A stretch of 64,000 bases of DNA from contig CAVOHZ010000003.1 of the NCBI GenBank assembly GCA_963695855.1, forward strand, positions 224,001 through 288,000, written 5' to 3'. Both the position numbers and the translations under genes were made by a program. Of this stretch, positions 31,302 to 42,402 are shown piece by piece. Each line of letters starts with the position of its first letter. The stretch's first letter is position 1. The stretch is from an uncultured Nitrososphaerales archaeon (GTDB lineage Archaea; Thermoproteota; Nitrososphaeria; Nitrososphaerales; Nitrososphaeraceae). The notes beneath the pieces were generated by a model. The model saw only the letters and a list, made by a program, of their open reading frames with translations. It was not told the DNA's origin and searched no databases.

Positions 31302-31958
31302 TTAATTTAAGATAATATTCACCTCCTTTAACTGAAAATTAAAAGTATTATTTGCTATTGTATCATTATACATAGATACAAAGAATTGTATCCAATTATA
31401 AACATGAAATAAATTACATTCCATTTGTCTACATGGATAATAGTCATCAAAAGATTCAGTTCTATCCTTGAAATACTGGTTAACTCTTTCCATCAAACTT
31501 TTCTGAAATGGTGAATGCAAATAGTGTTTTAATCCAATTATGTTACATGCTTCATCATACCATGTACCACCGTCAGTATAAACTGTATGTTTGCCATATT
31601 TTTCAACCAGTGAACGAATAAATTTTTCAGCAACAATCATATTCCTATCTTCTGATATATAGATTCCAAGCACGGAACTGTGTACTGGTTCAATACAAAA
31701 CCATAGCCAAAAATGCCGACCACCAATCTGAATAATAGTTTCATCTATTATGAATGCAGATACTCTTTTCCTTTTGTATATCTGCAATGAACCAAACCTT
31801 TGTATCCAATTCCAAACAGAAAGATGACTTCTTTTATCGTCCTCGAAAATTATTAGTGCTTTAGAAGTATTACGTAAACTGAGACCAAGAAAGTATAGAT
31901 AAAGAGAATACATTACTACAATTGTGGATGTTCTATTTCGTTCAAATCTAATATTCAT
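31302..31958 (-). CDS. IS6-family DDE transposase, apparently intact
   Basis: LSLR...[32 protein letters not shown]; stop codon lies inside the terminal repeat. Confidence 0.93.
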   Translation of the reverse strand: MNIRFERNRTSTIVVMYSLYLYFLGLSLRNTSKALIIFEDDKRSHLSVWNWIQRFGSLQIYKRKRVSAFIIDETIIQIGGRHFWLWFCIEPVHSSVLGIYISEDRNMIVAEKFIRSLVEKYGKHTVYTDGGTWYDEACNIIGLKHYLHSPFQKSLMERVNQYFKDRTESFDDYYPCRQMECNLFHVYNWIQFFVSMYNDTIANNTFNFQLKEVNIILN

Positions 31959-32191
31959 ACTATATAGATTAGAAATAGAATGTTCACAGCTAAATCTAGA
32001 TCGTTAACTTAACAGTTGTGTAATCATATTCATTAGTCCTATCTGTAAGATATCACTTATCCTTCTCCCATGTTTCTCATAGTATTATATACTCAGCTAA
32101 AGCTCTATCTATCAGGAAATAATTATGAAAGAGGCAAATAGTAGTTTACTATAATTGTCAATCTCTGCATTTACATGACTCTTGATACAGC

Positions 32192-32480
32192 CCTATTTTA
32201 GGATTGAAGGCAACCCAAATAAATATCTAAGAATGCATTTTCTTTTGATTTTAATCATGCTAGTGTGTCAAAAGTGGTAGTTTCAAACCTATTTTAGTCA
32301 AATTCAAACGGTGTCAAAATTACACAAATGTGTAGGTTTAGAAGGAAAGTAAACCTATTTTAGTCAAGTTCAAACGGTGTCAAAAAATTACACTATTTTA
32401 GTCAAATTCAAACCTTGCTTTTACCAACGGAGATTATATACAATCCCTGGTGGTTCAACCCCTATTTTAGTCAAGTCAAA
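32192..32480. repeat. iteron-like direct repeats CTATTTTAGTCAA x4 (plus one partial), two extended to ~35 bp
   Basis: Copies at 32289, 32355, 32393, 32462, partial at 32193; AAACCTATTTTAGTCAA(A/G)TTCAAACGGTGTCAAAA occurs twice. Confidence 0.88.
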
Positions 32481-32541
32481 CTTTTCCGCTTTTTAATCCC
32501 CAATATGTGAACTTCTAATATCCTTAGAACCTAACATTCAA

Positions 32542-32564
32542 TGGAGAGGATGGGATTTGAACCC
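32542..32564 (-). other. tRNA 3'-end-like fragment (possible att-site remnant)
   Basis: Reverse complement GGGTTCAAATCCCATCCTCTCCA = T-loop (GGG-TTCAAAT-CCC) + acceptor-like strand; no 5' half present. Confidence 0.6.
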
Positions 32565-33105
32565 GTTACTGCTAGTCATGGGATTGCTCTGATGAAACAA
32601 GATATTATATTAACTCTTACGAACTAACTAGCTGAAGTCATAAAGAGAATATTCTCAGCTATAGCTTTTACTGCTTAACTTGACAGAGACGAATAATCTA
32701 GTAGTTAATATCAGTAGACTATTCGAAATAAATAAAATTATTTTAATACCCTTTTTCTAGTTCTTTTTAAAATCTTTGTTTTTGTGTTCTCAAAAATGAG
32801 AAAATAAAGCTGATTAATTTCCAAATTAATTAACATTATTCAACTTTAAAAAGATTTAATTTTAGAAGTAAAAGAAAATCCAACTACAATCTCGAATAAA
32901 ATACTGTTATATCAAAAACAACCGATTGAAATTTTAAAGCCACAATACATAATATAAAGACATGGAGATACAATCAGATGAATTATCCCCTTATCTATAT
33001 TATAACTGCAACTTTTAACCATATACATAAACATAAAAATCTAGATACCTTGTTTTTCATCGCAGATGAAGGAGTAGGGCGATTTTACAAATAAATAATT
33101 GAGTT

Positions 33106-34056
33106 TCATTGAGACAACAATGAACGCATCAAAAGCAAAATATTTCTTTTCCTCTCTTTGAGTCTACGTATGGAATAGGGTAACCAGTTCTGACCATATG
33201 GAACATATTCATAAATTTGAAAACCTCTCCCTAATAACTCCATTTTTAGGTTATCTCGGATACCCTTCAAGAATTGAAATTGTAAATTTTCCTTGTTTAA
33301 TCTAGATTCATAAAATAGACATATCGTCTTTTCTATGAGCTTTGAATCGTGTGTTGCTATTGCAATAACACGATTTTCGAATTTTATTTCATTATCTTGC
33401 GAGAATAGTATCCTTACTAATTTCAAATAATTTTCATCTACTTGAAGTTTAGATTGATAGGCAATATCTTCTGATTCTTTATACGCACCTTTTACTATCC
33501 TTATATTAGAGTTATACTTGAGTACGTCAATTAAATCTGAATAACTCCTCTTAAGGTAGGATTGTAATACTATACCTACTCTATCATTTTGTTTTATTAT
33601 TTCTTTGTAGAGTGCTATGGTTGAGCCAACAAATTTGTAAGACTCCATGTCTAACCAAACAAATACTTTTGTTCGGCTGGCAACATCCAATAATTGTTGA
33701 AAATTCTTTAAGCAAAAATCATAACCTAATGTGAGCCCGATCTGAGTTGGTTTAACAGATATCGATGCTATTAATTTCTGTGTCTTTATTGCATTCAATA
33801 ATGAAATATATTCTTTAATGGTTTTCCTTACACTTTCAACTTCAGTGAGATCCTCTCCAAGGTAATTTAAAATACAATAAACACCACGATCGTTCGCTTT
33901 TTTTGCATAAGATAAAACTTGATCTATTGAATATCCTGCTATCCATTTTTTTGCAAGTATAAAGAGCAATTTTTCCAATAAAGCGGGGTCATAGTCATGA
34001 GAATAAGGATGATGTCCATAGGGATCTTTCCAAGAGGAATTGTTTGAAAATGACAT
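33106..34056 (-). CDS. monofunctional proline dehydrogenase
   Basis: YLGE, SVKPTQIG, LDME, QSYLKR, RIVKGAY, IATHD, YVPYG..W..Y..RRL.ER. Confidence 0.93.
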   Translation of the reverse strand: MSFSNNSSWKDPYGHHPYSHDYDPALLEKLLFILAKKWIAGYSIDQVLSYAKKANDRGVYCILNYLGEDLTEVESVRKTIKEYISLLNAIKTQKLIASISVKPTQIGLTLGYDFCLKNFQQLLDVASRTKVFVWLDMESYKFVGSTIALYKEIIKQNDRVGIVLQSYLKRSYSDLIDVLKYNSNIRIVKGAYKESEDIAYQSKLQVDENYLKLVRILFSQDNEIKFENRVIAIATHDSKLIEKTICLFYESRLNKENLQFQFLKGIRDNLKMELLGRGFQIYEYVPYGQNWLPYSIRRLKERKRNILLLMRSLLSQ

Positions 34057-34796
34057 CTTTTCTAATAATGTTTGTTATTTCATTGTAATTTTTATTTTTT
34101 TCATCAGTATAAGCCTAAAAATTATAAACATAACCAATTAATCCCAATAATTTTAGTAAAAAAAATTTGAAACTTATTTACCATGGTATCGATGTTTCTA
34201 TTTTTAGACCATTATAAAAAGTATCAAAGAAAGGACTGAACTTTTTTTTAAATAAATTAAAATTCCCCTAGATTATATGCTATATGGGTTAGTAATTTCA
34301 AATTCTAAAAGATAATCATCTTGACATAAACATATTTGAAAATAGCTCGACTTAAATGGCCATTGGTAGGTTTTTTAAAGATTAAAGTCAAAGTTGTGAG
34401 TTTTATAGAAAAGCTACAAAATCTTCTTAGTATACAATATTTAAAAAATGCATTAAACAGGTTAATTGAAGATAAATTCCAATAATTACAAATAGCGAAA
34501 TCCATTAAAGTAGCTTATAACGGAAATCCCATAATAATATGCAAAGCATGGATTTTTCTAGGTTTCCAATAGAGCAAATTAGAAATTAATTGCAAATGGG
34601 AAATAGGAATAATTTTTAATTGTAAAAATGTAACTAACTCAAACTCGAATATTTATTTTGTTATTTTATTTTCATGACAAATAGGCCTTGTTTATTTGAG
34701 TATTATGTTTTGGTGAAAAATCACATGAGCCAATAAATTAGAACAAAAGAGATCTTAATCTATTTCAATTAGCATTTTATATTCGTTCAGGATGAT

Positions 34797-35744
34797 TAGA
34801 TGTTCATGTAAAAATGATAAAAGAATACTAGGTAGACAATATTTTTATTCTACTGAGGTTATTTTGGGATGTTTTGTTGTACTTGGCTATGGTGGATACT
34901 TAGAAAGCATTATAAGAATATCTTGCAACGAATCTGGATATATCATATAACAAAAAGATAATTATAACATGTGGAATATCGACAGTACCAAATACAAGAA
35001 CACATAACACAGGTCTCGAATGCAGTATCTCAAGATACTAAAAGCGGGTATATCGCCATCTAAGAAACTTTTTGTTTATAGAAAATGGTTGATGTGAACA
35101 TTGCTTCGATACAAGGTACCATTATCAAAGGTAAAGAGTCTGTCTGGCAGAAATGTAATATGATTGAATGGATAGTATCAGGTTCTGGTATTGATATAAA
35201 TGCAAGATAGGGATTCAGCAATACCAGAAGTTGAATATTTGGGTATAAATTACGCTTCTTGTAAAGTACTGGTACCTTTATTGTACCTTTGGCAGCAAAT
35301 TTAACAACAGTAAATACAACTTACAATCAGATGTATAGTACAATAATATACGGTCTACCCGTTACAATAATTAGAAAAGCATCACTCTTGTCTGCAGATC
35401 GAGGATATGACGATCATAAACTCAATCAACTAAGCACGGATACGGAATTTCAGCTAATGTGTCCAGAACACGGATAAGCAAATATCCCTGCTGATAGGAT
35501 CAAATTTGTTGAGTTTTATGAATCTAATGGAAATTCTATCTATTCGCTGAGAAGGTAATCAACTAATGCATTGACAGAACATATCAATTCTCTTCTTAGG
35601 ATAGATCCGTTAGCTGTAAGAGCATATGATAAGACTTGTGCTTCGGTACTGTTATCAGTCTTGCTATACCAGATAGTTGTATATTATAACTATAAACCTA
35701 AAAAAGATAATTCCAGGGAAATCAAACACATGTTATGGACATAA
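34797..35744 (+). pseudogene. heavily degraded DDE transposase (IS5/IS982-like) remnant; limits approximate
   Basis: Fragments GR..FYST.VI..CF, GID.NAR*GFS...IFGYKL, VPLAA.LTT.N, ADRGYDD, and C-terminal IKHML with many stops and shifts. Confidence 0.6.
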
Positions 35745-35867
35745 CTATAGATTAGATAGTATTGTCAGCATATGACGTTTGTTTACTGATTTACATACCC
35801 TCAACTGGCTAAAGTCAATATTAGACATTCTTTTATATCCATATTGAGTATATTTATTTGAAAGAAA

Positions 35868-37208
35868 ATGAGTACTCAGATGAGTAGTGCAAGAAGGGGA
35901 ATTGCAACTAAAGAGATGATTCAAGTTGCGAAGGACGAGGATATCGATTTAAATTTTCTTATTCAAAAAGTTGCCAGTGGTTCTATAATTATTCCAAGAA
36001 ACAATGTAAGGAGACAGGATATAAAAGTTGTAGGCATAGGTAAAGGCCTTCGAACGAAAGTAAATGTAAACATTGGAACATCTACTCTTTATCAAAATAT
36101 AGATGAAGAGATTGCAAAAGCGAAGGTTGCAGTAAAGTATGGGGGAGACACCATAATGGATTTATCTGATGGAGGAGACTTGAATTTAATAAGAGAAAAA
36201 CTCTTAGAAGCTGCACCTATAACCTTTGGAACCGTTCCAATTTATCAAGCGTATGCATATGGAGTAGAAAAATACAAAAACCCACTGAATATAACTGAAG
36301 ATGATTTTCTCAATGCTTTCGAAAAACATGTAAAAGATGGAGTAGACTATACTACTATTCATTCAGGAATAACTAGAGAGCTTGCAAATAGGATATTAGA
36401 AGTAAAAAGACATGCAGGTATTGTTTCTAAAGGTGGGACAATTACAGCCGCATGGATGCTAAAATACGAAAGAGAAAATCCCTATTTCGAACATTTTGAT
36501 TATATGTGTGAAATTGCAAAAAAATATGATGTTACTTTCAGTCTTGGTGACGCATTAAGACCAGGGTCTATTTTGGATTCTCATGACGAGCTTCAGATTG
36601 CAGAGATGATAAATGTAGCGCGTCTAGCAAAACGCGCACATGAATATGAAGTTCAGGTAATGATTGAAGGACCTGGTCATGTACCGTTAGATCAGGTAGC
36701 AGCCAATGTTAGACTGGCAAAATCTCTCATAGGTGAGGTGCCTTATTATGTATTGGGACCTCTAGTTACTGACATAGCCGCTGGGTACAATCACATAGCC
36801 AGTGCAATAGGGGCCGCAATTTCAGCATCAGAGGGTGTAGACCTATTATGTTATTTAACCCCTGCGGAGCACCTCGCATTGCCCACGGTTGAGGATGTCA
36901 AAGAGGGTTTAATAGCTTACAGAATTGCTGCTCATGCTGGCGACCTGGTAAAAATAAGGGACAAGGCCATAAAATGGGACAAAGAAATAACAAAAGCAAG
37001 AAGGACACTTAATTGGCAGAAACAGATTGAACTTGCAATAAACCCAGAAGAAGCAGAAAGAATTCACAAAAGACAAGGTCAACATGAAGGTAATAATGTG
37101 CCATGTACAATGTGTGGCGGGGCATGTGTGTATATAATGTTGCCACAACAAAGGAAATATGAAGAGAAATCTGACGAAAATGAATACCAAAAAGCAACAA
37201 ATAACTGA
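35868..37208 (+). CDS. thiC: phosphomethylpyrimidine synthase
   Basis: TQM..ARRG, KVNVNIGTS, MDLS, GTVPIYQ, SLGDALRPG, EGPGHVP, CYLTPAEHL, CTMCGGAC. Confidence 0.97.
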   Translation: MSTQMSSARRGIATKEMIQVAKDEDIDLNFLIQKVASGSIIIPRNNVRRQDIKVVGIGKGLRTKVNVNIGTSTLYQNIDEEIAKAKVAVKYGGDTIMDLSDGGDLNLIREKLLEAAPITFGTVPIYQAYAYGVEKYKNPLNITEDDFLNAFEKHVKDGVDYTTIHSGITRELANRILEVKRHAGIVSKGGTITAAWMLKYERENPYFEHFDYMCEIAKKYDVTFSLGDALRPGSILDSHDELQIAEMINVARLAKRAHEYEVQVMIEGPGHVPLDQVAANVRLAKSLIGEVPYYVLGPLVTDIAAGYNHIASAIGAAISASEGVDLLCYLTPAEHLALPTVEDVKEGLIAYRIAAHAGDLVKIRDKAIKWDKEITKARRTLNWQKQIELAINPEEAERIHKRQGQHEGNNVPCTMCGGACVYIMLPQQRKYEEKSDENEYQKATNN

Positions 37209-37354
37209 TTGAATACACAAATTATTATAACAGTTATTTTTTGACTAAATCTACGGTATATAAAATTATTATTGATACTCGAAATGACTTCATAAGATAA
37301 CTGGAAGGATAACAAAAAAGTTAAGTAATGCTCAATGTTATTATTAAATCTAAA

Positions 37355-37498
37355 ATGTTTGGTAAAGCTGAATGTAGGTTATGTGGTGAAAATGTACGAT
37401 TTGCACTACGTCATTTGAAAACAAAACATAAAGAAGAATTTGAAAAAGTAACGCATCTTGAGATGTCAAAAATAATGAAAAAATATTTCAAGGAATAA
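37355..37498 (+). CDS. 47-aa C2H2-type zinc-finger microprotein (not in ORF track)
   Basis: MFGKAECRLCGENVRFALRHLKTKHKEEFEK...YFKE*. Confidence 0.7.
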   Translation: MFGKAECRLCGENVRFALRHLKTKHKEEFEKVTHLEMSKIMKKYFKE

Positions 37499-38296
37499 TA
37501 CCAAACTCCAAACGGGCAGTTGATTCATTTATTCACCATAATTAATTGATCGTTTTGATATTTCAAAGAATATTTTGGTACACAATAAGAAGATTATTGC
37601 CAGTATTTTTGACCATATTCTTTATTATTCAGCGTTATCAGGTTTATATACTGCAAAATTCCAATTTAATATACTAAAAGACCTAATGATTTAATATTTT
37701 TGTTATTTTCACTTAAAATCTCATTGTCCTTTGGATGTTCTAGTAATTTCGCTTGCTCTGTGCAACATACCTAGGCTTCTAAATATAATTTTTATTTTCG
37801 CCAACACAGATTCAAATTTTAAGCCTTTGAAAATAAGCACAGAAGAAGGCAATAAGTGTGTAAAACTGCATCAGTGTTTTCGATCCTATGTGCAATAATA
37901 TTACCCATCCTCCGTTCTATGTTAGGTTTGATTTTCTCAATTATCCTTTTGCTTCTCAATTTTTTTTACTGGATTTTCTTGATTTAAAATATCAAATAAC
38001 GTCATAGACAAATACGAATTCATCGTTGGTTATATCAACATACAGGTTTTATAAAATTGGTGAAATTAATGCCATTAGATAGAAATTTTTTGTATGTTTG
38101 AGGAATTTCTCGTTATGATATCCTTTCGAATAAAAAACATATTTTAAAATGATTAAACCTTAACCCATTTATTATAAATACCAATGTAATTGATAAAAGA
38201 ATTTTCAAATTCAATGAATATTCCTGAAGGATATGATTATAATAAAGAAAATTAAAGATTTCTTTTTATTATGCCCCAGATAAATAGCAATTTTAG

Positions 38297-39586
38297 TTGA
38301 AAAAAGTATATCATGACGTTAATGATGGTCTCATAAATCTTTCCGAGATGAATTTTGAAGTTTCTAATAATCAAAAAAATTTTCTTGAAAGAGTAGACAA
38401 AGTATGTAAATCATTAAGATTAAATGAAGAAAAATCTTATCTAAGAGGATCAATAAACGAAAAACTGATTCCAGAATTTAGTAAAATAGGCATGTTGGGT
38501 TGTCCTATCTCGAAGAGATTTGGTGGATTAGGACATGATATTTTGACTTATTTACTTGCATTAGAGAGGATAGGTGAAGAAGGAAGCTCTATGAGAACTT
38601 TTTTTTCATGTCATACATCTATTGGACAGTTGGTCCTACAAATGTGGTCAAATAACGAACAAAAAAGAAGATATCTCCCAAATACCACAAATGGTAAAGC
38701 AGTTATGGCTTTTGCGCTAACAGAGCCAGAGGCAGGAAGTGATCCGTCTTTAATAAAAACCAGCTTTGAGAATAAAGGAGATCATTATTTGATTCATGGA
38801 AAAAAACATTGGATCGGAAATGGTACATTTGCTAAAATTATAACAACGTATGCAAAAGAAAAGGGAAACAGTAGCTCAAACATCTCTGCGTTCATTATAG
38901 ACATGGATTCTCCACATATTAAAAAAAGAGAGATCAAAAATAAAATGGGCTTATTGACTGTTAAAAATGCAATAATAGAATTTGATAAGTGTAAGATCCC
39001 TAAAGATAATCTATTGGGGGTTCAGGGTCAAGGGTTAAGCATAGCATTTAGCGCCCTGATAGATGGTCGGTTGAGTGTTGCTGCAGGAGCAATCGGAGTC
39101 ATGACTGATTGCCTAAAGCAAGTCGTAGAATATTCAAAAAAACGATATCAACACGGTTCTTATCTAGCAAACAAACAATTAATTCAACGACACATAGCCA
39201 AAATTGCGATTTCAATAGAAACTACTAAATGGGTTACCTACCGTGCAGCCATAGCCAAACAAAAACTCAATGATTATATCGAATCTCTAAAACAAAATGA
39301 TCAAAAATGGATAATTAAATTAAATAGGAATAACAAAATTTATTCAGATTTGAGAAGAGAAAGTGACAAATTGGCAGCTATTGCCAAACATTATGCAACA
39401 AACTCGTCTTTCGATGTTGCAAATAGATCTGTTCAAATTTTTGGTTCTGAAGGATATAAGAAAACTTCAAGAGTTGCCAGACATTTTCTAGATTCCAGAG
39501 CCACTACGATATATGAAGGCACAAATGAAGTGATAGAGTTAAAGATAGCATCTGAAATATTGGGAAGTAATTTCAACGCATATTAA
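38297..39586 (+). CDS. acyl-CoA dehydrogenase family protein
   Basis: FALTEPEAGSD, GKKHWIGNG, KMG, GRLSVAA, R.Q.G, QIFG..GY, IYEGTNEV. Confidence 0.93.
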   Translation: MKKVYHDVNDGLINLSEMNFEVSNNQKNFLERVDKVCKSLRLNEEKSYLRGSINEKLIPEFSKIGMLGCPISKRFGGLGHDILTYLLALERIGEEGSSMRTFFSCHTSIGQLVLQMWSNNEQKRRYLPNTTNGKAVMAFALTEPEAGSDPSLIKTSFENKGDHYLIHGKKHWIGNGTFAKIITTYAKEKGNSSSNISAFIIDMDSPHIKKREIKNKMGLLTVKNAIIEFDKCKIPKDNLLGVQGQGLSIAFSALIDGRLSVAAGAIGVMTDCLKQVVEYSKKRYQHGSYLANKQLIQRHIAKIAISIETTKWVTYRAAIAKQKLNDYIESLKQNDQKWIIKLNRNNKIYSDLRRESDKLAAIAKHYATNSSFDVANRSVQIFGSEGYKKTSRVARHFLDSRATTIYEGTNEVIELKIASEILGSNFNAY

Positions 39587-39712
39587 ATGAAAAGTAATCT
39601 GGTAATCAATAACCAAAAATAACATTCTTAATTTTATTAATAATTTCTGTATTTATGTTTGTTATTTATAGACATGTTATAAAAATTGAAATCTAAAGTT
39701 TAGAAAAAGAAA

Positions 39713-40576
39713 TTATTTCTTGATAGAGGCAAGTATTTCTTTTAACAATCTTGCTGAAAAATTTGCAGTAACATCGTTAACATCATAAGAAGGAGACAAT
39801 TCAACGATATCACAACCGATAACACTTTTCTTTTCAAGAATTTTCTTAACAAGATATGTTAATTCTAATGTAGATAATCCGCATGGAGTTGGAACAGATA
39901 TGCCTGGAGCAAATGCAGGATCTAAACAGTCAAGATCTATTGAGATATATATGTCGTTATCATCAGACTTATCGATACATGTATCAGAAATTTTTTTTAG
40001 TGTTTTTTTAATTCCTATTTCTTGGATTTCTAGTGGATTAATAATAACAGCTTTATGTTCCTTCAGATTACACATTTCTTCTGGTTCGCATGCCCTTGTT
40101 CCAATAAAAATACTTGACCTAATATTAATAAAATCAATCGAATCGCTCACAACTGATCCATAATAATCTTTTACCGAAGTAACGAAATCAGGATGAGCGT
40201 CAAAATATATTAAATTAATTTTTTTGTTAGTATATTTTCCTATTGCTTTTATCGTAGAAGTAGTTATGGAATGATCACCTCCAATGACAATTGGAATTTT
40301 ATTTTGTAATAAGACATCGGAAATAATGGCATAGAGTTGATCTCTTTTTATATTACCCAGATCAAATATTTTTTTATTATCTATTCGTCCTTTCATGGGA
40401 AGAATAGGAATTTTTTTTCCTGATCTTTTAAAATTTTCTGAGTTTTCAAATGCCTTACGCAAGGCATTAGGTCCATCACGGGCGCCCTTTCTTGGAGCTT
40501 TAGATTTTGATTCATCGGGAACCCCTATGACAACGATATCAGCATCAGAAAAAGATTTGACGTTTGAACAAGGCAT
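39713..40576 (-). CDS. ureohydrolase (agmatinase/arginase family)
   Basis: GARDGP, GGDHS, DAHPD, SIDLDCLDP.FAPG, DIVELSP.YD. Confidence 0.9.
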   Translation of the reverse strand: MPCSNVKSFSDADIVVIGVPDESKSKAPRKGARDGPNALRKAFENSENFKRSGKKIPILPMKGRIDNKKIFDLGNIKRDQLYAIISDVLLQNKIPIVIGGDHSITTSTIKAIGKYTNKKINLIYFDAHPDFVTSVKDYYGSVVSDSIDFINIRSSIFIGTRACEPEEMCNLKEHKAVIINPLEIQEIGIKKTLKKISDTCIDKSDDNDIYISIDLDCLDPAFAPGISVPTPCGLSTLELTYLVKKILEKKSVIGCDIVELSPSYDVNDVTANFSARLLKEILASIKK

Positions 40577-41819
40577 ATAAATCAGATTCTAATAGAATAA
40601 TAAACTTTATTTCAATGTTTTTTTGCGAGTCAAAAAGTCTACGTACTAGTAATATTTTTTCTAAAATGCACAGATTTATTATAATCTAGGTTTATCAAAA
40701 TATTTTGAATTCATCATATAAAAAAGAATAAAAATACAAAAATAATTTTGACATTTAAGATATTTACTAGCTTTGTACGCAACCAGAAGCGATATTGTTA
40801 AAGATTGTAAGACTGATGGTATTTGTCGGTATCAGTTCTCCGTTCTTTGCCAGTATTTTGTGTTATGACTATAGCAAAATCGTTCTAGCGAGACGTGGTA
40901 ATACTATCACCCAATAATTTTCATCAACAATAATGCTTGTAATTTGTGGCCCTAGTATACTTCGATAAACATGTCAGTTCATTTACTGGATCTAGAATTA
41001 TTTCTATTAATTCTTGAAATTCTTGAAATACAACAAGTACGTAGTTCAGAATAGTATATTCTTTTTTGAAAATCTAATCACCATTCAAAACGTTTAAGTC
41101 TTCTGAACGAAATATAATTTCCCATTCTGTTTTCGTTAATATCACTTTTAAACCTCCAAATAAGATGTTAAATATCATATTCTCGAGACATAAACCTCAA
41201 ATGGTTGTTTAAAATAAATGTACAATCGGAGTTAAATACAGGTCTTACTGATGGCTTGGTCATAAGACGTCATATGTCAGTAATAAAATCTCATCCTAAA
41301 TCCTAGGTTAAGGGTATTGTATCTTGTTATCAGAATATAAGGTAATTAATACAATATTTCTTCAGGATAACGCATGTAATAGTCTTTATAATGAATAACT
41401 GGATTTGTATACATATACAGATTTATTAAATTAACATTCGTTATCATAACTACGAAAAAAATAGATTAATGTTGTGCATATTTATTCTAAAATTATGGCG
41501 AAATCATATTTGAAAAATTACATGGTCTTTAGAAACTATACGACCTAACATAATTTCGTTTACAGATTACTCTTAACACAGTATGGTTTTTTGGTGGTTG
41601 AAGATGATGATTTTTTAAATTGTAAGGATTTAGAAAAGCTTCTCAAGCAGTATGTCATTAGATATTTGTATTTAGGAGGTAAAATATTTAACATACAAAA
41701 ATTACCTCAAATCTACACCAACAATCAATTGAGGCTTCTATAAAATGTCTATAGTGAGCAGCATTACTATTAGAAAAGTATATTTTATTTACAATGTTAT
41801 AATTTATTGATAACGCTCG

Positions 41820-42362
41820 ATGTCTAAAGAAAATGTCAACAAAGGACGAGAAAAAAGTATCAATAAAGATTATTTTCGGGGAGATGTAAAAATGATTGAG
41901 ATTTTACATAAAGAAAACTCATCTGAATATGAAATGTACCATGTTTTTTTCATAAATAATGCTATAACTACTATTCATTACCATGAAACCGAACAAATTC
42001 TTATTGGTACAAAAGGGAAAGGAATAGTATGTACTTTAAAAGAAAATTTTGTAGAAAATATTTCGAAACCTGAGAAGGTGTTTATAATAGAAGAAGGAGA
42101 TGTCGTTAGTATTCCTGCATACGTATTTCATTTCCATGGATCATTTTCTGAGAAAGAATTTTCACATATAGCGTTCAGAGGTAGAAGAATGTTAAATCCA
42201 GAGGGAAAAATAGTTGACGCTAAAAATGTGTGGGAGATAGATTATCTGGAAAAAACATTCGGACCAGATAAAACAAGTGTTAAAGAGATTACCAAACAAA
42301 TTGACAATGATATAGCAAATTTGATTAGAAATTTAAAGCAAAAATATGTATTTGAAATGTAA
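41820..42362 (+). CDS. cupin-domain protein
   Basis: T..HYH...QIL....G.G and EGDVV.IPA...HFHG motifs. Confidence 0.85.
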   Translation: MSKENVNKGREKSINKDYFRGDVKMIEILHKENSSEYEMYHVFFINNAITTIHYHETEQILIGTKGKGIVCTLKENFVENISKPEKVFIIEEGDVVSIPAYVFHFHGSFSEKEFSHIAFRGRRMLNPEGKIVDAKNVWEIDYLEKTFGPDKTSVKEITKQIDNDIANLIRNLKQKYVFEM

Positions 42363-42402
42363 TATAATAAAATTAAAGAAATTAAATACGATTTTTTTCA
42401 TC

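Larger units (their letters stand above)
31295..32690 (-). mobile_element. IS6-family unit with passenger DNA, bounded by imperfect 17-bp terminal inverted repeats and 8-bp target duplication
   Basis: End GCCTCTGTTAATTTAAG (31295) vs reverse complement of 32674-32690 GTCTCTGTCAAGTTAAG (14/17); GAATAATC at 31287-31294 and 32691-32698. Confidence 0.8.

Noticed and set aside
32285-32480. Possible mini-CRISPR array
   Set aside because: Core repeat is only 13 bp, spacing is irregular (66/38/69), inter-repeat sequence is partly duplicated, and there are no cas genes in the window
32542-32564. Complete tRNA gene
   Set aside because: Only a T-loop and acceptor-like 3' strand are present; no D arm, anticodon arm or 5' acceptor strand
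35745-35867. TPP riboswitch upstream of thiC
   Set aside because: No recognisable CTGAGA/aptamer core; the region looks like a plain AT-rich promoter following an IS remnant
40600-41800. Long gap without ORFs, considered for ncRNA or a hidden gene (likewise 37500-38290 and 50400-51050)
   Set aside because: No GC-rich stems, repeats or recognisable protein motifs found by eye; probably eroded genes, but this cannot be supported
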